Below, piece after piece: positions 5,958 to 13,429 of a stretch of DNA of 19,578 bases. Both the position numbers and the translations under genes were made by a program. The stretch's first letter is position 1; each line of letters starts with the position of its first letter. This stretch comes from a virus. The notes below the pieces were generated by a model that saw only the letters and a list, made by a program, of their open reading frames with translations, had not been told where the DNA came from and did not search any database. The DNA is taken from IMG/VR virus record IMGVR_UViG_3300047620_000017. The stretch is one strand, 5' to 3'.

Positions 5958-8530
5958 TACGCCTCACCACCGGTCACGAGCAGGTGGCGATCGGAGAGCA
6001 GCCGCTCAATCTCACGGGCGAGGCCGATACGGTCACCGATGAACGCGCCGTCCACGTGCACGTGGACGTGCTGCTCCACGGAGCGCCCGGGAGTCGTGCC
6101 CGTGGTGCCCGTGACGCCCTGCAGGGGGATCCTCGGGGCCGAGGGGACCGAGACCAGATCAGCCATGGCGCGGGATGCTTCCCGGGTCATCGCGCCGACA
6201 CCGTTGATCAGTCCCTGCCCGGTCCACTTACCGACCCGGAACAGCACTTTAGACGGGGACGCAATGCCGAGCTTGGACTTGATCGCGTCCACGGCGCCGC
6301 CGGCGAGGGACGAGGCTTTGTTCTTGAGCGCGCTGCCCATGGATCCGATGCCGTTGATGAGTCCTTGGATCAGGTCCTTACCGGCTCCCACGAGCAGACT
6401 GCCCATGTTGGACAGGGCCGAGGTGATCTTCCCGGGGATCTGTCGGACCACACCGAGCAGCCGGCCCACGGCACCGGTGACGGTGGTGACGATCGCGGAC
6501 CACGCCGAGTTGAACAGGGATCGGGCCGTGGTCAGGACGTTCGTGATGATCGAGCGGACCGCGTTCATCGCGTTGGTGATCATGGTGCGGATGCCCGTTG
6601 CGGCTGCCGTGACGGCCTGCTGGGCATAGGCCCACGCGCCCGCAAAATCACCTTGGAGTAGCGCGAGAATGCCCTGCACGACATTTCGGCATACCGTCAG
6701 GACCATATTCACGAAAGTTGCGATCTGCTGGACCACATAGGAAACGACGGTCACAACATTCTGAATTGCCGGAATGAGTACGTCGAGCAGCATCGAGACG
6801 AGCGGGGCGATCGCCTGCGTGAACGCGACGATGTTCTGCACCACGGTCACGATTACCGGGATGAGCGAGGGCAGCACGTCGGCGACGAGCTGCACGATGA
6901 TCGGCGCAAGGCCGGCAACGAGCTGCTGCACGAGCGGGGCCACGGCCGCGACGAGCTGCACGAACAGGGGGGCGAGCTGCGTCACGAGGTCCACGAGCGG
7001 GGGGAGCGCGGTGGTCACGATCTGCAGCAGGACCGGCGCGAGCTGCGAGAGCAGGGCACTGCCGAACTGCACGACGGCTTCGACCACGGGCATGAGGACC
7101 GGGAGTAGCTGCGTGAACGCCCCGAGGACGAGGGGCAGGATCTGCTGTGCGAGGCTGGCGAGCGGTGGCAGCAGGGTCTGTACGGCACCGAGCAGGGCGC
7201 CGCCGATCTGCTCCACCACGGGGGCGAGGGCAGCGGCGAGCGTGGTCATGATCGGCGCGAGGGTCGCGAGCAGCTCCGCGGCGATCGGGAGGACGGCCTG
7301 CACGAGGGTGCCGAACAGTCCGAGCAGCTCACCGAGTAGCGGGGCGAGGACCTCGAGCGTGGGAGCGAACGCCACGAGGGCGTCCGAGATGTCAGAGAAC
7401 GCGATCTGCAGGCCACCGGCGACGGCCGGGGACGCGAGGACCCCGGCGAGGGTCTCGAGCAGGGTGCCGATCGCGAGGGAGGCGTCATCGAACACCGAGG
7501 CGATCACCGGGGCGAGCGCGGCGAGCATGCCACCGATCGCGGACATAGCCGGGGCCAGGTTGTCCATGGCCTTCCCGGCGCCGGCGAACAGGGTCCGTAG
7601 CAGGTCCTGCCCCATCGGCCCGCTGATCGCCGCATTGATGGACTCGAGGCCGGAGGCGAGGGAACCGAGGGTTGCACCTCCAACGGACATCGCGGCCTTG
7701 CCGATTCCGCCGATGATCCCGCCGAGGTCACCGAGGATCGAACCGAGCAGATGCAGCCCCTGGATCCCGGTGTCGATCCAGTCGAACATGGCACCGGAGT
7801 CGATCGAGGCCTGCACCCACGAGTCGAACCGGCCCGTAATGTCCGTGAACCACTGCGCGAGCTGTGGGAGGTACGTTGCGCCGGCGCCGGCGAGGCCGAG
7901 CAGTCCAGAGGTGAGGGACTCCATGCCGGCCGTAGCGAGTCCGATGCTGTCGGAGGTCGCGGCGAGAATGTTGCCGATCACCTCGAGTCCGCCGGTGGAT
8001 CCGAGCACGCCAGCGATTCCGGCGAACATCCCGCCGAGTTGAGAACTGATCGCAGTAAGGCCGGTGCCGAGGGTCGGCAGGAGGTTGTCCACGAGGGAGC
8101 GGATCGGCTGCTCGGCGCGCTCCCAGAACGCGGCCGATACGGAGTCCTGCAGGGCCGTGAACTTGGGGCCGAGATCCGCGAGGACGGTGCCGGCGTCCTT
8201 GAGGGCGAGGACGAGGGCCACCACGCCGACTGCCATGCCGGCGAGGATCCCTGGCAGGACGAGGGCCGCGGGAGCTATCGAGGCGAGGGAAACGGCGAGA
8301 GAAAACAGGTTGCCGGCGCCGGCCATGGCAGCGGCCGCGAGGGTCGCGATCGCGGACGCGATCACGGCGACCTTGGGCGCGGACTTGACGAGCGCGGGGA
8401 TCGCGGTTCGGGCGCGCTTCGCGGCCTTGTCGAGACCGGTTACGGCTGCGGCCGTGCGGGTCAGTGCACGCACACCACCGGAGCTGTCCCCGGTGACGCG
8501 TACCGACAGGATCGCCGTCTTACCGGCCAC
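5957..8530 (-). CDS. Tape measure protein, 857 aa
   Basis: Longest ORF. GTG start with GAAGGGGGA SD. Long Ala/Leu/Gly/Val-rich helical and hydrophobic segments. Located between the chaperone and the minor tail genes. Confidence 0.9.
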   Translation of the reverse strand: MAGKTAILSVRVTGDSSGGVRALTRTAAAVTGLDKAAKRARTAIPALVKSAPKVAVIASAIATLAAAAMAGAGNLFSLAVSLASIAPAALVLPGILAGMAVGVVALVLALKDAGTVLADLGPKFTALQDSVSAAFWERAEQPIRSLVDNLLPTLGTGLTAISSQLGGMFAGIAGVLGSTGGLEVIGNILAATSDSIGLATAGMESLTSGLLGLAGAGATYLPQLAQWFTDITGRFDSWVQASIDSGAMFDWIDTGIQGLHLLGSILGDLGGIIGGIGKAAMSVGGATLGSLASGLESINAAISGPMGQDLLRTLFAGAGKAMDNLAPAMSAIGGMLAALAPVIASVFDDASLAIGTLLETLAGVLASPAVAGGLQIAFSDISDALVAFAPTLEVLAPLLGELLGLFGTLVQAVLPIAAELLATLAPIMTTLAAALAPVVEQIGGALLGAVQTLLPPLASLAQQILPLVLGAFTQLLPVLMPVVEAVVQFGSALLSQLAPVLLQIVTTALPPLVDLVTQLAPLFVQLVAAVAPLVQQLVAGLAPIIVQLVADVLPSLIPVIVTVVQNIVAFTQAIAPLVSMLLDVLIPAIQNVVTVVSYVVQQIATFVNMVLTVCRNVVQGILALLQGDFAGAWAYAQQAVTAAATGIRTMITNAMNAVRSIITNVLTTARSLFNSAWSAIVTTVTGAVGRLLGVVRQIPGKITSALSNMGSLLVGAGKDLIQGLINGIGSMGSALKNKASSLAGGAVDAIKSKLGIASPSKVLFRVGKWTGQGLINGVGAMTREASRAMADLVSVPSAPRIPLQGVTGTTGTTPGRSVEQHVHVHVDGAFIGDRIGLAREIERLLSDRHLLVTGGEA

Positions 8531-8543
8531 GGTGTCCCCCTTC

Positions 8544-8663
8544 CTATTCCTCGTCTTGCTCTGCGATCAGCTCGAGCGCTGTGGTGATGACTGCGGGGTC
8601 CTCGTCCACCCATGTGCTCACCGGGATTCCGGTACGGAGCGCGAGGGCGACGATGGAACGCAT
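8544..8663 (-). CDS. 39-aa ORF in the -1 frame relative to the tail assembly chaperone (gpT-like extension or separately coupled small gene)
   Basis: MRSIVALALRTGIPVSTWVDEDPAVITTALELIAEQDEE. Its ATG shares the A of the chaperone TGA (TGATG). The frame is also open further upstream, but that part translates as Arg/Gly-rich junk. Confidence 0.5.
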   Translation of the reverse strand: MRSIVALALRTGIPVSTWVDEDPAVITTALELIAEQDEE

Positions 8664-8962
8664 CAGCTCACCGGGTCCGTAGGGTCCTGCTCGGACGGCA
8701 CCTCCGTCTCGGTCTCGTCCTCGTGCTCGGCGACCCACGAGGCGTCCGTGGTCGAGAACTCGTCCCACGTCCCCGCGTACTGCCCGGTCCGGTGCAGGGA
8801 GTGCCACACCATGAATGTCTGTGCGAGCAGCTCGTCATCGGCTGCCCATCCGCGGGCTCGTGCGGTCTTGGACCACTGGATCTGGTCGGGAATGCCGAGC
8901 TGTGCCTGCAGCTCGTCCCCGTTCATCATCAGAACGTCCACCTTGGGTGCCTTGATCGTCAT
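8663..8962 (-). CDS. Tail assembly chaperone (gpG-like), 99 aa
   Basis: ATGA overlap with the upstream gene, very acidic C-terminus (EHEDETETEVPSEQDPTDPVS), and position immediately before the tape measure. Confidence 0.65.
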   Translation of the reverse strand: MTIKAPKVDVLMMNGDELQAQLGIPDQIQWSKTARARGWAADDELLAQTFMVWHSLHRTGQYAGTWDEFSTTDASWVAEHEDETETEVPSEQDPTDPVS

Positions 8963-9366
8963 CTCTTCCCCTTCACCTTTCGGATTGCTTCCAGTAGTTC
9001 TTTTTCGTAGATCGGGACCCACGTCGGCTCCGTTACCTGTGCGGCGCGGGTCATGAACGGATTGCCGCGGATCGGTCCGCCGGCCCATCCCTGGGCGGGG
9101 TTGGGTCGCGTGAGCCAGCCCCAATGGATCGGGCCGGCGTACGGGACGCGCTTCCGGCCGGCACGGATGATTCCGGCCTTTGCGGTAGCTCCCACGCGGA
9201 CCGAGGCGGCGAGGCGTCCAGTCCGCTTGGGAGCCATGGCCGCGGCCACGGGGGCCACGGTGGAGGCTGCGTGGCGGTTCGCGGCCTTGAGGTCGGATAG
9301 GTCGGATCCGGCGCGCTTGAGCGTCGCGCGGAGGCGTCGCGCACCGTCGATCCGAACCCCGGCCAC
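8959..9366 (-). CDS. HK97 gp10-family head-tail joining protein, 135 aa
   Basis: Pattern typical of the gp10 family: VRIDGARRLRATLKRAG...VAPVAAAMAPKRTGRLAASVRV...VPYAGPIHWG. GTG start 3 nt after the upstream stop. Confidence 0.75.
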   Translation of the reverse strand: MAGVRIDGARRLRATLKRAGSDLSDLKAANRHAASTVAPVAAAMAPKRTGRLAASVRVGATAKAGIIRAGRKRVPYAGPIHWGWLTRPNPAQGWAGGPIRGNPFMTRAAQVTEPTWVPIYEKELLEAIRKVKGKR

Positions 9367-9369
9367 GGA

Positions 9370-9795
9370 TCAGCCCTCGGGAGCTGCGGCGTAGTCCGCC
9401 GTGATCACTGGACGGCCGACCACGGGCAGCTCGAGCTCGGAGGTGTTGCGCTTCTTGACCTCCCCGCCGAGCGAGCCGGCTCGGATCACCACACGGCCCT
9501 TGGCCTGCAGCTTTCCGGCCTTGTCGGGCACGAACGTGAACGGGAGTTCCTCCCCGGAGTTGTCATAGAGCCACAGGTCGAGGGACTCGGCCGTGTAGTC
9601 CTGGTACTTGGTGAACGTGAGGGTCCACGTTTCGGTCTCGTCGCCGGGCACCTCGTCACCGGACAGGAGGCTGATCGGGTCGTCGGAGTCGAACTCGGGG
9701 GCGAGGGTGGCCTCGGAGACGGCCACGCCGAACTCCTTCGCGTCTGCTGCTTCGCCGAACGTGAGCAGGCCGGGGCCGAGCTTGGACAGTGCCAT
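9370..9795 (-). CDS. Putative major tail (tube) protein, 141 aa
   Basis: Good SD (AGGGAG), acidic beta-rich sequence (LTFGEAADAKEFGVAVSEATLAPEF...), and suitable size and position. No diagnostic motif, so the function is tentative. Confidence 0.5.
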   Translation of the reverse strand: MALSKLGPGLLTFGEAADAKEFGVAVSEATLAPEFDSDDPISLLSGDEVPGDETETWTLTFTKYQDYTAESLDLWLYDNSGEELPFTFVPDKAGKLQAKGRVVIRAGSLGGEVKKRNTSELELPVVGRPVITADYAAAPEG

Positions 9796-9801
9796 GGGTA
9801 A

Positions 9802-10179
9802 TCACTCCCTGGTGGTGGTGGTGTCGAGGGTGAGGACGAGGCAGGGCCACGGGTCCCCGTGTGCCGGTTGCCATGTGGTGACGCGCGAGGTGTCGAGCGC
9901 CAGGGGCTCCACGAGCTGCTCGGCCAGAGCGTCCAGCTCGGGCCATGCGGTCAGCGGATCGGTGTCGGTCGAGATCACGAGGACCTCGAACGCGTGGACG
10001 GCGACGTGATAGGTCTCCCACGTGGTCGTGGGCGGACCGGCGAGGACCACGGGACGGCCGGCGCCGAGCGCGGCACCGGCCTCGGCCGGGTCCAGGGTGG
10101 TGAGCGCGTCGATCTGCACGGCCTCGAGAGCGCGTCCCACGTCCTCGATTACCTGCTGCGCGGCCTGATACCCGGTCAT
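9802..10179 (-). CDS. Head-tail connector / tail terminator-like protein, 125 aa
   Basis: ATGA overlap with the adaptor gene. Start at internal ATG 10179 (MTGYQAAQQ...). Function inferred only from position and size. Confidence 0.5.
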   Translation of the reverse strand: MTGYQAAQQVIEDVGRALEAVQIDALTTLDPAEAGAALGAGRPVVLAGPPTTTWETYHVAVHAFEVLVISTDTDPLTAWPELDALAEQLVEPLALDTSRVTTWQPAHGDPWPCLVLTLDTTTTRE

Positions 10180-10502
10180 GCGATCACCGGGCCGAGCCAT
10201 GGGGCGAGGACGGCACGGGCCGAGCGACTCGGGTCAAGCCCGACCCGCACCGTTTCCAGGGCACCCTCGGACTCGTACGTGGCGACCCCGTTACGGGCCT
10301 GCTGTCGCCAGTACAGGTCCGCGCCGGCCTCGACCATGGCGCGCTCGAGGATGGACTTCGGGACCTCACGCTGCCCGACGATCTGCGTCACGAGGTCGAT
10401 CGCCTCGGTCGCACAGCTCTTCAGGTACGTCTCACGGTCGGCGCCGGCGCGGGTCGCGCCGACGTGTTGCGCGAGCCGCGTCGCGAGGGTCGCGGGATCC
10501 AT
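10176..10502 (-). CDS. Head-tail adaptor (gp6-like connector), 108 aa
   Basis: Directly downstream of the capsid gene. Helical sequence typical of gp6-like adaptors (TLATRLAQHVG...YLKSCATEAIDLVTQIVG...ADLYWRQQARNG). Confidence 0.7.
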   Translation of the reverse strand: MDPATLATRLAQHVGATRAGADRETYLKSCATEAIDLVTQIVGQREVPKSILERAMVEAGADLYWRQQARNGVATYESEGALETVRVGLDPSRSARAVLAPWLGPVIA

Positions 10503-10505
10503 GGA

Positions 10506-12179
10506 TCAGTCCTCGGGCGGGGTGGTGGTGCCGGTGAAGGACACCGGGAGCAGCGCGCCGGGGTGCGGGGCGATGTGCGCGATGTACCCGTAGCAGGCGT
10601 AATCGCGGGACAGGTTGAGCACGCCGTCGGCCTGCAGCCAGAACGGGGCACCGGGCGACTCGAGGGTCTCGATCGCCACCGGGTCGTAGAACAGAGCGGT
10701 ACCGGCAGCGGCGCCGTTGAGGACGGCCACGGGGATACGGAGCAGCTCACCGGACAGGCCGGGCAGGTTCGCGGTGCCGACCACGTTCACGCCGGTGGAG
10801 GACCCGGAGACGGTGAGCAGGGGCCGGCCGTCCGTGCCGGCCTCGGACGCCAGCCGCTTGAAAACATCGGCGGACACGGCGAGGGCCTGCAGGTCGTATC
10901 CGCGATCGTCGAGCAGCCCGGCGGAGTCCACGGCGGAGTCGATCCAGTCGAACGCGCCGAACGCGGCCGGTACCTCCACGTAGTCGGTGCCGGCGGTCCC
11001 GGCGAGCTTCGTCGCGGCCTGAGCCACGATGTAGGCCTTGGTTGCGGCCTCGGTCTGCCGGGCGTACTGCAGGGCGAACGCTTCGAACATGGTGGTCAGT
11101 GCCCATGCCTCGGACCGGTCGATCACCTGTCGGGCGACGGTCTCGGCACCACCGAACGTCCGCACGGGGGACGAGGCAGCCGTGACGGTGAACCCTGCAC
11201 CCTTCGCGAGCTCTTCGAGCTGCTCCTCCTGCTCGGCCACGGTCGCCGTCGCGGTGGTCTTGATGTAGTCGACCGTCATCCCCTTGCGCGGCAGGCTGCG
11301 CGTGTTGAACCGGGAGAGCCACCGGCGACGCTCGGTGACCTTCTTGGACAGGTCACCGATGAAGCCGGGCGTGTTCACGAGGTGCGAGGGGATGTCCGAC
11401 GTGGTGATGTCACGGTGCAGCAGCATCGCGACCTCGTGCCGGGGATCGCCCTCGGAGGTGATCGCCTGCACGTAGTCGCCGATCGTGGCGAACTGCTCGG
11501 CTCGGGCCGCGAGCATGTCGGCCGGCGTCGGGTCACCGGCGGACGCGACGCGACGGGTCACGTCCTCGATCGCGGCGCGGACCTCGGTCATGGTCTCGTC
11601 GTGCTCGGCACGGGTCACGAGGTCCTCGGTTGCGGTGGGCATGGTGTCCTCCTGGTGGGAGCGGTGGTGGTCGGTGGATCGGACGGACGCGATCTGAGCG
11701 CCCGCATACGCTGGGAACGGGACGAGGGAGTACTCCCGGACCTGTACGGACTCGTGGACGATCAGGGGACGCTCGTCGCCCTCGTCGTGTTCCTCGCGCC
11801 ACTTCACGGGCACGAACCCCACGGACAGGCCACGGATCACGCCGTCCTGGGCGAGCGTGTGCGCCTCGTCCGCGGTGGAGGTGCGGGAGAGCGTGAGGGT
11901 GACCTCTCGGCCGGCGTCGATGTCCTTGGATGCCGTGACGCGACCGATCGGGTCGATGTGCCGGTAGTACGCGAGAGCTGCCGAGTCATCGGTGATCGCG
12001 CCCGGCTCGAACCGCTCCCGGAACCACGGGGTTTCGTACTCCTCCCCGTAGGGGACGCCGAGACCGGTCACGGTTCGGGCGCCGTCCTCCCTGGTCTCGG
12101 CGCGGAGCTGCATGCCGGTGAAGTCCCGGACGGCCAGACCGTCCGGCCCGGTGAGCTGCTCGGGCAGGGTCGCGGTCAT
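10506..12179 (-). CDS. Fused prohead protease (HK97/S78-like) - scaffold-like linker - HK97-fold major capsid protein, 557 aa
   Basis: ATGA overlap with the portal stop. The N-terminal ~175 aa carry protease motifs (YYRHIDPIGRV, GVIRGLSVGF, EYSLVPFPAYAGAQI). A helical linker follows, then a capsid-like region (NTPGFIGDL...GMTVDYIK...TFGGAETVARQVIDRSE). It is one uninterrupted frame. Confidence 0.88.
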   Translation of the reverse strand: MTATLPEQLTGPDGLAVRDFTGMQLRAETREDGARTVTGLGVPYGEEYETPWFRERFEPGAITDDSAALAYYRHIDPIGRVTASKDIDAGREVTLTLSRTSTADEAHTLAQDGVIRGLSVGFVPVKWREEHDEGDERPLIVHESVQVREYSLVPFPAYAGAQIASVRSTDHHRSHQEDTMPTATEDLVTRAEHDETMTEVRAAIEDVTRRVASAGDPTPADMLAARAEQFATIGDYVQAITSEGDPRHEVAMLLHRDITTSDIPSHLVNTPGFIGDLSKKVTERRRWLSRFNTRSLPRKGMTVDYIKTTATATVAEQEEQLEELAKGAGFTVTAASSPVRTFGGAETVARQVIDRSEAWALTTMFEAFALQYARQTEAATKAYIVAQAATKLAGTAGTDYVEVPAAFGAFDWIDSAVDSAGLLDDRGYDLQALAVSADVFKRLASEAGTDGRPLLTVSGSSTGVNVVGTANLPGLSGELLRIPVAVLNGAAAGTALFYDPVAIETLESPGAPFWLQADGVLNLSRDYACYGYIAHIAPHPGALLPVSFTGTTTPPED

Positions 12180-13360
12180 GCGGTGACCTCCTGTGTGGGC
12201 CTGGACGCGGCGAGGTACTGCGCTACCTCGGCCCGTTGATCGGCGGTGAGCGGGTCGCGTCCCTCGAGGGCCCGGACCTCGGTCGGGGTGAGGAAACCGT
12301 GATCGATCGCCACGGCGTACCCGGCGTATCGGGACTCGGTATCGGTCCGGAGCAGGGCCTCCACGTTGAACTTGATCCGCTGCCCGTACGGGGATAGCTC
12401 GGTCAGTGCTTCCTCGATCTTGCGGAGGTACTGCATGAGCGTGAACCGGGTGAACGCGAGCCACTCCTGCTCCACGTTGGAGTAGGTGAGCGAGTTGCCC
12501 TCGAGGGAGACGAGCATCAGCGCGGAGGGGATGCCGAACAGGCGGGCGAGGTCGGTCACGGTGAACGCGCGGACTTCGAGCCATTGCGCGTCCGCCGGAT
12601 TGAGCGCGAGGTGAACGTATTCGGTGTCACCACCGATCACGCGGACACCGGTCGGATTGTCCGGGTCTGCTGCCGCCTCGTTCCAACGGTCCCGTGCCGC
12701 TTTCGCCTCCTCCGCGGTGCGCGCGGCCTTCGAGGTGAGCAGGCCGGAGGGTTGCCCGGACCCGTGGAACCACTGCGAGGCGTAGTCCCGTACGTCGGTC
12801 GCACCGCCGATCTCCCGGCGGGCCGCTTGGATCGGGCCGAGGCCACGGTCATGGCCGGGTAGCCGCATGAGGGTCTGGTGCTGAACCTCGGCCCGCGTGT
12901 ACGGGGTACCTCGGTAGTGGTAGCGGATCGCCCGCGTCTTGGGATCCCTCGTGATGAGCACCTCGGCCGGCGGGAGGATTTCCGCCGAGAGGGTCGTGCC
13001 GTCCGGGCCGGCCTTCTTGAGCAGGAACAGATTGCCGTCCAGAGCGAGGGAGAGCACGGCCTGCTCGATCCAGTCGGACCGGTCCATGTCGGGATCGGGC
13101 TTGCGGACGAGCGCGGGGATCCGGTCGCCTTGCTTGAGGGTCCGTCCGCCCCGCTCCACGGTGAGCGGGAGCTGTCCCGCGGACGTGGTGAGGATCTGCA
13201 ACGCCCGATAGACCGGGATGAGCTGCACGGCCTGCTCGTCCGTGGCCTCGGTCTGCGCGTCACGTGAGGGGAGCGTGACGAGAGGGCGCGCGCCGGACTC
13301 GGCATCGGCTGCGCGCTGCGCCAGACCGAGACCGCGGAAGAGTGCCGAAAGGAACGACAT
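12176..13360 (-). CDS. Portal protein (HK97-family), 394 aa
   Basis: Sits between terminase and protease/capsid. Portal-like motifs: IPVYRALQILTTSAGQLPL, DGNLFLLK, RDYASQWF, TVTDLARLFGIPSALM. Confidence 0.9.
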   Translation of the reverse strand: MSFLSALFRGLGLAQRAADAESGARPLVTLPSRDAQTEATDEQAVQLIPVYRALQILTTSAGQLPLTVERGGRTLKQGDRIPALVRKPDPDMDRSDWIEQAVLSLALDGNLFLLKKAGPDGTTLSAEILPPAEVLITRDPKTRAIRYHYRGTPYTRAEVQHQTLMRLPGHDRGLGPIQAARREIGGATDVRDYASQWFHGSGQPSGLLTSKAARTAEEAKAARDRWNEAAADPDNPTGVRVIGGDTEYVHLALNPADAQWLEVRAFTVTDLARLFGIPSALMLVSLEGNSLTYSNVEQEWLAFTRFTLMQYLRKIEEALTELSPYGQRIKFNVEALLRTDTESRYAGYAVAIDHGFLTPTEVRALEGRDPLTADQRAEVAQYLAASRPTQEVTA

Positions 13361-13429
13361 GCCGGCACACTGCGCCCGGCGGGGTCTCCCCGGCCAGGGT
13401 GCCGGGGCAGGGTGTGACTGTGGGTGACG

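Noticed and set aside
5957-8530. Nucleotide-level repeat array or CRISPR-like periodicity in the tape-measure region
   Set aside because: The apparent repetition is protein-level low complexity (recurrent LAP/ALL/GxxG helices). There are no regularly spaced identical DNA repeats, and no CRISPR array anywhere in the window.
8664-8807. N-terminal part of the 87-aa ORF 8544..8807 as coding sequence
   Set aside because: It translates to Arg/Gly-rich sequence (RRARGRDRDGGAVRAG) while the overlapping chaperone frame is clearly coding. Only the part after the chaperone stop looks genuine.
10464-12239. Long plus-strand ORFs antisense to the structural genes (for example 10464..12239 591 aa, 6774..8042 422 aa, 5670..6629, 3733..4761, 2012..2863, 13424..13981, 14660..15271, 16136..17035)
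   Set aside because: Their translations are Arg/Gly/Pro/Ser-rich low-complexity strings without motifs. These are typical shadow ORFs of a ~70% GC genome, and the opposite-strand frames carry recognisable phage protein families.
12180-12584. Upstream 135-codon extension of the capsid-protease ORF (10506..12584)
   Set aside because: The extension lies inside the portal gene in another frame and translates as Arg/Pro-rich sequence. ATG 12179 overlaps the portal stop and begins the protease-like sequence.
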